Shown here piece after piece: positions 28,888-38,903 of a stretch of 64,000 nucleotides of DNA (its first letter is position 1; the number at the start of each line of letters is the position of its first letter). Source of the stretch: Planctomycetota bacterium (lineage in GTDB: Bacteria; Planctomycetota; JAJSAM01; JAJVHW01); the NCBI GenBank assembly GCA_965248445.1, contig CBDFJG010000001.1, positions 576,001 to 640,000 on the forward strand. The letters are read 5' to 3'. The notes under the pieces are model-generated. The model was not told the origin of the DNA and made no database searches. It saw only the letters and a list, made by a program, of their open reading frames with translations. A program made the position numbers and the translations under genes.

Positions 28888-30302
28888 CCAAACGCAAGAA
28901 CCCCGCGACATCGCGCACATCCAAGCGGGGCCTGTGGGGCGCACGGTTCGACGGCGGACCGTCGGCCGCGATGCGCGCGATCGGGGACTCGCTGCACGTC
29001 GATCAGCGTCTCGTGGACCAGGACCTCCGCGGGTCGATCGCTCACGCGCGCATGCTCGGAGACCAGGGCATCCTACGGAAGGCCGACGCACGGAAGATCG
29101 TGAGCGAGCTCGGCAAGATGCGACGCGAGATCGCGCGCGGGGAACTCGTCGTGGAGGGCGCCGACGAGGACGTCCACTCCTGGATCGAACGCGTCCTGAC
29201 GGAGCGGATCGGCGACGACGGCGCACGGCTGCACACGGCCCGAAGCCGCAACGATCAGGTTGCCACGGCGTTCCGCCTCTTCCTGCGGGACGGGACCGCG
29301 GAGGTCAACGACGCTCTGCGCGCACTGCAGTCGTCTCTGGTCGCGCGGGCGGCCGAGATGATCGGCGTCATCGTGCCGGCGTACACGCACCTCCAGCGGG
29401 GCCAACCTGTGCTTCTGTCGCACCAGTTCCTGGCCTACGTGGAGATGCTCGAGCGCGACCGCGGACGGTTCCTCGACCAGGCGCGCCGCATGAACGAGTG
29501 CCCGCTCGGCGCGGGCGCGGCAACCGGCGTGCCGTATCCCATCGACCGCGCCGCGACGGCGAAGGAACTCCTGTTCGATCGGCCGACAGCCAACTCCATG
29601 GACAGCGTGGCGGATCGCGACTTCGCTGCGGAGTGGCTGGCCGCAGCGGCAATCCTCGCCGTGCATCTCTCGCGGCTGGCCGAGGACATCTGCCTATGGG
29701 CGTCGTCCGAGTTCGGGCTTCTCTCGCTCGGCGACGCGGTCTCGACGGGCTCGTCGATCATGCCTCAGAAGCGCAACCCCGACGGCGCGGAGCTTGTGCG
29801 CGGGAAGGCCGGTCGCGTGATCGGCTCGCTGGTGTCCCTTCTGACGACCCTCAAGGCGCTGCCGCTGACGTACAACCGCGACCTGCAGGAGGACAAGGAG
29901 GTCGTGTTCGACGCGCTCGACACGTCCCTCGTGTGCCTGCGCATGCTGGACGACACGCTCGCAGAGAGCCGCTTCGTGCCGGAGGCGGCCGCGCGGCTGC
30001 TCGAGGGCGGACACCTGCTGGCGACGGAACTGGCGGACTTCCTCGTCGGGAAGGGCGTCCCGTTCCGACTCGCGCACGAGGCGGTCGGCGAGGTTGTGAA
30101 GGAGTGCGACGACCGAGGCGTCGACCTCTCCGAGCTGTCGGAGGAGGACCTGGTCGCGCTGCACCCGCGCTTCGCGGACTGCGCAGAGACACTCGACTTC
30201 GCCAGCGCCGTGGATCGGCGCGACCACCTCGGGGGCACGGCGACGAAGCGCGTACGCGCTGCCATCCGCAAGTGGGTGCGCCGCCTCGCGCCGCGGAGGT
30301 AG
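28884..30302 (+). CDS. argH: Argininosuccinate lyase
   Basis: LWGARF, HTARSRNDQ, YTHLQ, GSSIMPQKRNPD, YNRDLQEDK. Confidence 0.96.
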   Translation: MTKRKNPATSRTSKRGLWGARFDGGPSAAMRAIGDSLHVDQRLVDQDLRGSIAHARMLGDQGILRKADARKIVSELGKMRREIARGELVVEGADEDVHSWIERVLTERIGDDGARLHTARSRNDQVATAFRLFLRDGTAEVNDALRALQSSLVARAAEMIGVIVPAYTHLQRGQPVLLSHQFLAYVEMLERDRGRFLDQARRMNECPLGAGAATGVPYPIDRAATAKELLFDRPTANSMDSVADRDFAAEWLAAAAILAVHLSRLAEDICLWASSEFGLLSLGDAVSTGSSIMPQKRNPDGAELVRGKAGRVIGSLVSLLTTLKALPLTYNRDLQEDKEVVFDALDTSLVCLRMLDDTLAESRFVPEAAARLLEGGHLLATELADFLVGKGVPFRLAHEAVGEVVKECDDRGVDLSELSEEDLVALHPRFADCAETLDFASAVDRRDHLGGTATKRVRAAIRKWVRRLAPRR

Positions 30303-30311
30303 TCGATCCGG

Positions 30312-30890
30312 ATGGAACTCGACGACGCCGTCGTGCGCAACGCTTTGCGCCCCGCCACCGGAGACTGGCGATCGTCGAACGACCTGAAGGACGCCGCCGT
30401 ACTTCTGCCGTTGCTGCGTCGGGACGGCGCCGATCACCTGCTCTTCACGCTGCGCCGCGCGGACCTGCCCGACCACCCAGGCCAGGTTGCGTTCCCCGGC
30501 GGGTCACGCGACGCGGGCGAGGATGTCGTGACGTGCGCCCTGCGCGAGACCGAGGAGGAGGTCGGGCTCCCGGCCGACCTGCTGACGCCGCTCGGCCGCC
30601 TGCCGGAGCGCGTCTCGATCGCGGGCTTTCTCGTCGCGCCGGTCGTTGCGCGGCTCACACGTGAGCATCCGCCCGTGCCGGATCTGCGCGAGGTCGAGGA
30701 CGTCTTCGACGTCCCACTCTCCGCACTCCTCGACAAGAGCCTCTGGCGTTTCGAGTCGCTCTCGACACCTCGGGGCAACTTCAACCACATCCCGTACTTC
30801 GACGGCGGACGCCACACTGTCTGGGGACTGACCGCCGTGATCGCCCGCGACTTCCTGCGCAGCGTGCTGGAGTTCGATCCGGGCCCGTGA
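30312..30890 (+). CDS. Nudix hydrolase, CoA pyrophosphatase type
   Basis: HPGQVAFPGG...ALRETEEEVGL and VWGLTA. Confidence 0.9.
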   Translation: MELDDAVVRNALRPATGDWRSSNDLKDAAVLLPLLRRDGADHLLFTLRRADLPDHPGQVAFPGGSRDAGEDVVTCALRETEEEVGLPADLLTPLGRLPERVSIAGFLVAPVVARLTREHPPVPDLREVEDVFDVPLSALLDKSLWRFESLSTPRGNFNHIPYFDGGRHTVWGLTAVIARDFLRSVLEFDPGP

Positions 30891-32257
30891 CCGACTCGAC
30901 GTTCGAGTTGACGTCCTTCGTGCAGGCAACGCCGCAGACAGTGTTCGACTGGCATGCACGACCGGGTGCGCTCGAACGCCTCGCTCCGCCGTGGGAGCGC
31001 GTCGAATTCCTGCAGAAGGCTCCGCTCAGCGTCGGCAGCCAGGTGGTGCTCCGCGTGTCGGCACCCTGGCCCCGCAGGTGGGTGATTGAGCACATCGAGG
31101 TGCAACCGGGCAGGTCCTTCCGCGACGTGTAGGTGACTGGGCCCTTCGGGAAGTTCGACCACCAGCACCTCTTTGCAGCCCAAGCGGTGGGTTGCCTGTA
31201 CTCGGACCGTATCGTCTACCAGTTGCCACTCGGGCGGCTGGGTCACGCCGTGGGGAGCGGCGTGTTGCGCGCGAAGCTCGCGCGGTCATTCGCGTATAGG
31301 CATCGGACAGTGTGCGGCGATCTCGCCGCCCGACGTGCGTTGCCATCGGAGCAGACCATGTTGATCGCGATCACTGGCGCCGGCGGGCTCGTCGGGCGCG
31401 CCCTGGTACCGTTCTTGACCACCGGCGGGGACGAGGTCGTGCGGCTCGTCCGCCGCGACCCGAGTTCCGAGGACGAGGTCGCGTGGAGCCCCGCCGACGG
31501 GACCGTCGACACGCGCGGTCTGCGCGGCGTGGACGCCGTCGTGCACCTGGCCGGCGAGGGCATCGCCGACGGGCGCTGGAACGCCGCCAAGAAGGAGCGC
31601 ATCCGCGCCAGCCGCGTGGACGGCACGGCAGCCATCGCGAAGGCCATCGCCTCGATGGACGAGCCCCCGCGCGTGCTCGTGTGCGCGTCTGCCATCGGGT
31701 TCTACGGCGACCGCGGCGACGAAGAACTGACCGAGGACAGCGCCGCCGGGACAGGGTTCCTCCCGGAGGTCTGCCAGGCCTGGGAAGACGCTGCCGCTCC
31801 CGCCAGGGAAGCGGGAATCCGCGTCGTGAATCTGCGCATCGGCATCGTGCTGTCCGCGCGCGGCGGCGCCCTCCACAAGATGCTGACGCCCTTCAAGCTC
31901 GGTGCGGGCGGAGTGATCGGCAGCGGCGACCAGTGGATGAGCTGGATCGCGATCGACGACGTGCTGGGAGCGATCCGTCACGCCATCGCACAGGAGCAGA
32001 TGACGGGTCCGGTGAACGTCGTCGCACCGCAACCCGTGACGAACCGGACGTTCACGAAGACGCTCGGCCGCGTACTCCGGCGTCCCACCGTTCTCCCGCT
32101 CCCGGCGTTCGCCGTGCGGCTGGTGTTCGGACAGATGGGCGAAGATCTGCTGATCGCCGGACAGCGGGTGCTGCCCCGTCGCCTGGCGGCCCACGGATAC
32201 GCGCTCCAGTACACCGACCTCGAGACCGCCCTCCGCCATCAGCTCGGCAAGGGCTGA
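30887..32257 (+). pseudogene. SRPBCC + TIGR01777 (YfcH-like) oxidoreductase fusion interrupted by an in-frame TAG
   Basis: ORFs 30887-31132 and 31133-32257 share one frame. FRDV*VTGPF lies inside the SRPBCC domain; ITGAGGLVG and HLAGEGI follow. Confidence 0.8.
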
Positions 32258-32285
32258 GTCCCGCTGCGACGACTATCCTGCACGC

Positions 32286-32609
32286 ATGGCGGGTGGATTC
32301 CTGGAGGAGCTCACAGACCCGAGTGCGAAGGCCATGCGGTCGCGCACCGTCGCGCAGACGGCGCTCGTCCTCGGGGTCTCGTCGCTGGTGTTCGTACCGA
32401 CGGTCGGACTGCGCGCGCTGCTGCTCTGCCCGGTGGCGTGGCTCATCGGCCACGTCGATCGGGCGAACGCGAGGACTCAGGGCAACCGGCCGGACCCGTC
32501 AGGCGAACTCGGCCGCTCGATCGGGAAGTTCGTGACGCTCATCGGCGCCGCGCCGGTCGCGATCTGGGGGTTCGTCTGGTGGCTCCACAGCTGGAGCTTC
32601 GGCATATGA
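32286..32609 (+). CDS. Small membrane protein
   Basis: Two to three hydrophobic segments, co-oriented with neighbours. Confidence 0.55.
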   Translation: MAGGFLEELTDPSAKAMRSRTVAQTALVLGVSSLVFVPTVGLRALLLCPVAWLIGHVDRANARTQGNRPDPSGELGRSIGKFVTLIGAAPVAIWGFVWWLHSWSFGI

Positions 32610-32631
32610 ACCCACACTCGAGGCTCGGAAC

Positions 32632-33054
32632 GTGTCGCTGATCCTGCGCTGCCCGAAGTGCGCGACGGAGATCGTGATTCGCCGCAGGCATCGCGGTGCG
32701 ACCGTGCCATGCCCCCACGACGGTTGCCCCGGCGACGTCCAGGTACCGCAGGAGTTCGACTCGCAGGGGCGTGTCCGCGAACTGCTCCAGGACCGCAAGC
32801 GCGCCGAGGGGATGACGGCCTTCGCGCTCGCCTCCTGCGTGATCTGGATTCCGATCGTGCCGGCGTTCGTGTGGTTCCACGCGCTGCGCCGGATCTGGAG
32901 TGCGCGCAGAGAGAACCGAGTGGTCACGCTCGACCTCTACACGGCGCGGACAACTGCGATCGTCGCGTTGATCGGGCAGCTGGCCTGGTACGCCGCGCGG
33001 TACGCGCACGAATCCCACGGCGTCGGCTTCAAGCCCTTCATGAGCTGGTGGTAG
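32632..33054 (+). CDS. Zinc-ribbon membrane protein
   Basis: CPKC...CPHDGC followed by two hydrophobic helices. Confidence 0.6.
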   Translation: MSLILRCPKCATEIVIRRRHRGATVPCPHDGCPGDVQVPQEFDSQGRVRELLQDRKRAEGMTAFALASCVIWIPIVPAFVWFHALRRIWSARRENRVVTLDLYTARTTAIVALIGQLAWYAARYAHESHGVGFKPFMSWW

Positions 33055-33161
33055 CCCGCAGCCGGGCCAACGGAACACAGCGGCGCTCTGTGACCTCGGA
33101 GGCACCCCGCGCGTCCTGACCTGCGCGACATCTCGGCTCGTATACTCACCCCGGAGGAGTC

Positions 33162-33689
33162 ATGCCGACCACGGACACAGAGAAGTTCACGCGCCGCGAG
33201 TACAACCAATTGCCCGAGGGCTTCCCCGCCTACCTCCTCGACGGCATGCTCGTCCGCGAGCCTGCCCCGACATTCAGCCATCAGGCGATCGTCGGCGCGT
33301 TGTACCTCCGCCTCGTCGCAGTGGCGCCCCGCCGCGTCCTGATGTCGCCGGTGGACGTCGTCATCGACGACTGGAACGTCCTGCAGCCCGATGTACTGGT
33401 GTTCCGTCCCGGCCGGCGGGCCGGGGTCGACACGCCGGCCGAGGAGATCCCAGTGGCCGTCTTCGAGGTGCTCTCGCCGTCGACCGCTCGTCGCGACCGG
33501 AGAGAGAAGACGGCGGCCTACCTGCGCGCCGGGATCGAGGAGGTGTGGCTCGTCGACCCCGTCGCCTGCGAGGTCACGATCGTCACCGCTGTCGGTCGGA
33601 GCCACCTCTCCGCGAACGAGTACGCGGAGTCGAAGGTGATACCCGGCCTGCGCTTCACGTGGTCCGAGATCGTGCGCGACCTGGGCTAG
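33162..33689 (+). CDS. Uma2-family putative endonuclease
   Basis: LQPDVLV, EVLSPST, DRREK...Y...GIEEVWLVDP. RBS GGAGG. Confidence 0.9.
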   Translation: MPTTDTEKFTRREYNQLPEGFPAYLLDGMLVREPAPTFSHQAIVGALYLRLVAVAPRRVLMSPVDVVIDDWNVLQPDVLVFRPGRRAGVDTPAEEIPVAVFEVLSPSTARRDRREKTAAYLRAGIEEVWLVDPVACEVTIVTAVGRSHLSANEYAESKVIPGLRFTWSEIVRDLG

Positions 33690-33696
33690 CTCGCTT

Positions 33697-35871
33697 TCAG
33701 TTCTCGCCGTCGTAGGGCACGTCGAGCTCGTTCGCCACGAATGCCCACTTGTCGGCGACCTCGTCGATCTGCTTGCTGACCGGCTTTCCGGCGCCGTGAC
33801 CCGCGCGGGTCTCGATCCGGATCAGGCACGGCGCGTCGCCGCCCTGCGCCCGCTGGAGTGCCGCGGCGAACTTGAAGCTGTGCGACGGCACGACGCGATC
33901 GTCGTGATCGCCCGTCATCACCATCGTGGGCGGGTACGAGGCACCCTCCTCGAGGTTGTGGTACGGCGAGTACTCACGGATATAGGCGAACGCATCCGGC
34001 TCATCTGGTGAGCCGTAGTCCGAGACCCAGGCCCATCCGATCGTGAACTTGTGGAAGCGCAGCATGTCGAGCACGCCCACGGCCGGGATGCACGCGCCGA
34101 ACAGATCCGGCCGCTGCGTCATGCACGCACCGACGAGCAGCCCGCCGTTGCTCCCGCCCGCGATGGCGAGCTTCGGCGTCGACGTGTACTTCTCCGCGAT
34201 CAGCCACTCGGCGGCCGCGATGAAGTCGTCGAACACGTTCTGCTTGCGCTCGAGCGTGCCGGCCGCGTGCCACTCCTCGCCGTATTCCCCGCCACCCCGC
34301 AGGTTCGCGACGGCATGCACCCCACCCATCTCGAGCCACACGAGGTTCGATATGGCGAATCCGGGTGTCAACGGGATGTTGAACCCGCCGTAACCGTAGA
34401 GGTACGTCGGGTTGTTCCCGTCGAGCACGAGGCCCTTCTTGTGCGTCAGGAACATCAGGATCCGCGTCCCGTCCTTCGAGTTGTAGAAGACCTGCTCCGT
34501 CTCGAACGCGGTGCGCTCGAACGGCAGTTCGACGCGGCGGAAGAGCGTGCTCTCACCGGTCACGACGTCGTAGCGGTGGATCTCCGTCGGCGTCGTGAAG
34601 CTCGAGTACGCGTAGTGCGTGACGTCATCGCCGACGTGCCCGCCGAAGCCCGTCGCCGTCCCGAGCCCGGGCAACGGCACGTCGCGAACGTGTGAACCGT
34701 CGAGCCCGTGCACCCGCACGAGGCTGCGCGCGTCCTGCAGGTACTCGCAGACGAGGTGATCTCCGACACGTGAGACGTTCCTCAGCGTCTCGTCGGCATG
34801 CGGGATCAGCTCGACCCACTGGTCGCGCGCCGGCCGGTCGAGGTCGATCGCGAGGACCCGGCCGCGCTCGGCATCGAGATCGGTGCGCACGATGAAGCGG
34901 CGGCCGACGTTGGCCACGACGTCATAGCTCGCGTCGTTCTCGTCGAGCAAGCGGACGAGCTCACCCTCGCGGCCGTCGTCCAGATCGACGTAGTGGATGC
35001 GGTTCTCGCGCGCCGTGCCTTCCCACACGTAGATGACCAGGAACGCCCCGTCCTCGCTCACACGGGCGCCGAAGCCGCGCTTGGGGTGCTCGGGATCCTG
35101 GAGAACCACGCGATCTCCGTTGGGATCGGTCCCCAGCGCATGGAACTGCATGCGCTGCTTCTCGTTCTTGCTCTCGTACTCCTCGCCTTCCGCGGGCTGG
35201 TCGTAGCAGCTGTAGTAGAAGCCGCTGCCGTCCCGGGCCCACGCGGCGCCGCTGAACTTCGCCCACTCGACTCGATCCGCGCGGTCCGCGCCGGTGGCCA
35301 CCTCGCGTACACGCCACTCGATCCAGTCGGAGCCGGCGATCTGTACTGCATACGCGACCAGCGCGCCGTCGGGACTCGGCGACACCTGCCCGAGAGCAAC
35401 GGTGCCGTCCTCGGACAACTTGTTCGGATCGATGAGCGCGCGCGGCTCGGCGCCGTCGTGATCCACCACGTACAGAACGCTCTGGTCCTGCAGCCCGTCG
35501 TTGTGGCGGTAGAACGTCTTACCGCCGCGCCGGTAAGGAACGTCGTACCGTTCGTGGTCCCACAGGTCCTCGATCCGCTTGCGGATGGCGGCCCGCTGAG
35601 GGATGCCCGCGAGATGCGCCTGCGTCACCGCGTTCTGCGCCTCGACGAACGCAGCCGTTGCCGGACTGTCCAGGTCTTCCAGCCAGCGGTACGGATCGGC
35701 GACCTCGACACCGTGCAACGTCTCAACGACGTCGCCGCGACGCACGTCGGGGTAGGCCGGCGCTTCGGTGGTCTCGCTCATGGGTTGGTCGCCTCCGCAG
35801 GCCGCCACGATCGAGACAGCCGCCAGGACGGCGAAGACTCGGACAGAGTGGGCACCTGTTTGCATCTGCAT
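33697..35871 (-). CDS. Prolyl oligopeptidase (S9A), lipoprotein
   Basis: DPYRWLE, YGYGGF, GGSNGG, DHDDRV, AGHG. Lipobox VAAC. Confidence 0.95.
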   Translation of the reverse strand: MQMQTGAHSVRVFAVLAAVSIVAACGGDQPMSETTEAPAYPDVRRGDVVETLHGVEVADPYRWLEDLDSPATAAFVEAQNAVTQAHLAGIPQRAAIRKRIEDLWDHERYDVPYRRGGKTFYRHNDGLQDQSVLYVVDHDGAEPRALIDPNKLSEDGTVALGQVSPSPDGALVAYAVQIAGSDWIEWRVREVATGADRADRVEWAKFSGAAWARDGSGFYYSCYDQPAEGEEYESKNEKQRMQFHALGTDPNGDRVVLQDPEHPKRGFGARVSEDGAFLVIYVWEGTARENRIHYVDLDDGREGELVRLLDENDASYDVVANVGRRFIVRTDLDAERGRVLAIDLDRPARDQWVELIPHADETLRNVSRVGDHLVCEYLQDARSLVRVHGLDGSHVRDVPLPGLGTATGFGGHVGDDVTHYAYSSFTTPTEIHRYDVVTGESTLFRRVELPFERTAFETEQVFYNSKDGTRILMFLTHKKGLVLDGNNPTYLYGYGGFNIPLTPGFAISNLVWLEMGGVHAVANLRGGGEYGEEWHAAGTLERKQNVFDDFIAAAEWLIAEKYTSTPKLAIAGGSNGGLLVGACMTQRPDLFGACIPAVGVLDMLRFHKFTIGWAWVSDYGSPDEPDAFAYIREYSPYHNLEEGASYPPTMVMTGDHDDRVVPSHSFKFAAALQRAQGGDAPCLIRIETRAGHGAGKPVSKQIDEVADKWAFVANELDVPYDGEN

Positions 35872-35958
35872 CTCTCTGGTCCAGCGCCACCCGCGCGCGC
35901 CGAGCCGCAGATCGTAGCCCGGCCGCAGGCTTCGTCCACGCGCAGGTCGGGCGCGGCG

Positions 35959-37136
35959 TCAGCTGAGGCCGGAGAGCGCCTGATCGACGTCCGCCCAGAC
36001 GTCCTCGACGTGCTCGATCCCGCACGAGATACGCAGGAGCCCGTCGCCGATCCCGAGCAGTTCGCGCTGCTCGGCGGTCAACGCGGCGTGAGACGACGTG
36101 GCGGGGTGCGCCACGGTCGTCGTCACGCCGCCCAGGCTGGGCGTGAACGTGAGCAGGCGCAGGGCCCGCACGAAGTCGTCGACGCGAGCCCGCGAACCCG
36201 TGTCGAACGCCACGAGCGCGCATGCGCCCGAGTGATGCACGGCCCCACCGCCGGGTGTTCGCGCAGGCGTGCGGCCAGTGTCGCCGCGTTCTGGCACCCG
36301 CGCTCCATGCGGAGTGCGAGCGTGCGCAGCCCGCGGTCGCAGAGCCACGCGTCGAACGGACTGGCCCGGCCGCCCAGGTGGACCGACTTCGTGCGCACAC
36401 GGTCCATATCCGCTGTGGTGCCGCACACGACACCGACCGTCACGTCGTGGTGTCCGCCGAGGAACTTGGTCCCCGAGTGCAAGACGATGTCTGCGCCCTC
36501 GGTGAGCGGGCGGGAGAGCATCGGCGTCGCGAACGTCCCATCTACGACGAGGCGGACGTCCGCATCTCCGCACGCAGCCGCTAGCGCGGCGACGTCCACG
36601 CGGCGGAGCAGGGGATTCGAGATGGACTCGACGAGCAGCAGCTTCGGGTTGCCGCCGGCCGCCGCGCGGACGGCGTCCGTGTCGTACGCATCGACCGCAA
36701 CGACATCGATGCCCAGCGGCCCGAGGTCGCCCTCTAACAGTCCCATCGTGCCGCCGTACGCGTCGGACTGGACAAGGACCGCGTCTCCGGAAGATGCGAA
36801 GGCCAGCACCGTCGCCGAGATCGCCGCGAGTCCGCTCGCCGTCGCCACGCCGTCCTCGGCCTCCTCGAGCGCCACCATGGACAGCTCGAGCGTGCGGCCG
36901 TTCGGGTGGCCGTACCGCGCGTACGCGTATCCCTCGCGACCGGACAGTGGACGGAGCGACGCGGCCACGTCCTCGAAGTCGTACGCGGTGCTGACCTGCA
37001 GCGGCGGCCGGTGCGGGCGCGCGCGCAGGCCCGGGGGCTGCTGCTCGGGAGCAGGTGCGCGGGCGCCACGGGCCGCCTGCGTCTCCCTGCGCTGCACCGC
37101 TTCTCTGGGCGGCGCCGGCGGCTCCTTGTCACTCAT
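35959..37136 (-). pseudogene. Cys/Met metabolism PLP enzyme (cystathionine gamma-synthase / methionine gamma-lyase type) with a frameshift
   Basis: [15 protein letters not shown] and [10 protein letters not shown] in one frame; SLGG...HPATSSH...LLRISCGIE in another. The switch falls at a 4-base homopolymer (36243-36246). Confidence 0.85.
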
Positions 37137-37158
37137 CCGAGCAGGGTACCCCGCCGAC

Positions 37159-38532
37159 TCAACGGGTTCGAAGTGGAGCGTGGAACTTCACGAAGAGCCG
37201 GCCGGCACGGGTCACGACCAACACCCGGCCCGCGAGGGCCTCCGGGGCACCTTCCGGCGGCAGCGTGACATCGCACTCGACCCAGACCGAGAGGCGTCGG
37301 CCTGCGCCCAGCGCGGTCCGCCTCGTGGGCTGTCCGATGCGCAGCCGCTCATCCGTGAACTCCAGCAGCGGAGACGCAACCAAGTCGGCCGTTCGCAACC
37401 CCTTCGCGAAGTGCAGACCAACGTGCAGACGCACGAGGGCGCGTCCCGTGCTGTCGCCGACGATCACGGTCTCGACGGTGATGCGCTCCCCGGCGTTCTC
37501 GGACCCGGCGAAATCAAGCTCGCTACGCTCGACCGTCTTGCGCACGCGCGGATCGAGCAACTCCGCACCGGAGAGGCCCGTACGGAGGTCGAGCGGGTGC
37601 TCGTCGCGCGGCTGTATCGACCGCCGGGCTTCGCTGACCCACGGATAGAACGGGTACGGCTTGTCGAGCAACGGCCCGTACTGCTGGATGCGACGACGCC
37701 AGATGTACTGCTTCTTCCGGAGATCCAGGGCGCCGGACCAGGCGTCCACAGCCCGTTGGAAGTCCCCCGGCTGCGCACCGTTCGAGTCGTGGCGCATGCG
37801 ATGCGCAACGCCCAGGCGGAACCGCGCGGCCGCGTCCTCGGAGTGCGTGTCGACGTACGCGCCGATCGTCTCAATCGCTCCGTCGCGAGCGTCCTCGGAG
37901 CCCCACAGCAGGGATGTCAGGGCCTCGAAGTACTTGCGATCGGGAGCCGTCCGAGCCATCCCGTCGAGCTCGATCAGACGACCCTTGGCGTGCGCGCCGT
38001 CGGCCGGCGGCAGGTCATCGGGGGCGTCGAACGCGACGTCGAGGAACTCCTTCTCGATCGTCTCGAGCGTCGGCCGTTTGGAACGCACGACGCCGTGTTC
38101 GTCGACCAGCGTCAGGTTCGGCACGGCGGCAGCCCCCGTGACGTTCAGCGGATCCCACAGGATCGGCCAGTCGATCTCGTGCCACTGAGCGAACAGGCGC
38201 GCGCGGTCCCGGTGCTGTTCCTGCACGATGCCGATGACCGCGAGCTTCCCGCTCTTGCGCCACTTCTCGGTCGCGCGGTGCCACACGGGCACCTTCTTGC
38301 GGCAACCCGCTCACCAGGAGGCAAACTCGATCAGGAGCAACTTCTTGCCGCGGTAGTCCGAGAGGCGGACCGTCTGCTCACCGTCGATCGTTGGCAATCG
38401 CACGTCGGGCAGGACCTCCCCGATCGCGGCCCGTGCCGGCTCTCGGTCGCCCGCGATCGCCACGGCGCTGAGCGTAACGACAAGCATTGTCGCGAGCCTG
38501 CGTGGACGCATCACAAGCCTGCGTGGACGCAT
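37159..38532 (-). CDS. Probable selenoprotein: secreted TlpA/redoxin-like protein with a UxxC motif
   Basis: LSDYRGKKLLLIEFASW-TGA-AGCRKKVPVWH continues in frame into the 377-aa ORF. TGA (38311-38313) occupies the first Cys position of WCxxC. Confidence 0.8.
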
Positions 38533-38534
38533 CA
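38495..38534. repeat. 21-bp-period tandem duplication at the selenoprotein start
   Basis: AGCCTGCGTGGACGCATCA at 38495-38513 and 38516-38534, encoding MRPRRL twice. Confidence 0.85.
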
Positions 38535-38903
38535 GAAGAAGCCGTGATCCAGGTCCACCTCGTGGCTGTCCAGGACCCCTTCACTCAGCCGGATCGTGAC
38601 TGTGCCGTGCGTGTTTCCCGGATCGATGTCCGCAGCGACACGCGCAAAGCGATCCTTGCCGTGGGAGTCCTTCCACCGCACGCGGACCTTTTCGGTCGGT
38701 GCGGTGGGCTCGACCTTGACGCTGTCGCTGGCGCCGTCTTCCAGATCATCGAGCGGGTACTCCGTCCCCTGTACCTCGACCCGCACTGACGTGAGTGTCA
38801 CGCCGGACACGTTCTCGACGACAACCCGGATGCCCTTGCCGAGCGCCACCCACACGAAGAGTGCGATCGTGAGCACCGCGACGACTACCGCGACCTTCTT
38901 CAT
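38532..38903 (-). CDS. Small membrane-anchored hypothetical protein
   Basis: MKKVAVVVAVLTIALFVWVALG N-terminus. Start and stop overlap both neighbours. Confidence 0.7.
   Translation of the reverse strand: MKKVAVVVAVLTIALFVWVALGKGIRVVVENVSGVTLTSVRVEVQGTEYPLDDLEDGASDSVKVEPTAPTEKVRVRWKDSHGKDRFARVAADIDPGNTHGTVTIRLSEGVLDSHEVDLDHGFF

Noticed and set aside
31130..31132. Pyrrolysine or alternative genetic code
   Set aside because: TAG serves as a normal stop in many genes here (e.g. argH, Uma2), and no pyl genes are in view.
34798..38547. 1249-aa plus-strand ORF and similar long ORFs (17001-19559, 55490-58315, 26926-29226)
   Set aside because: Antisense shadows of well-supported genes in high-GC DNA, with no recognisable motifs.
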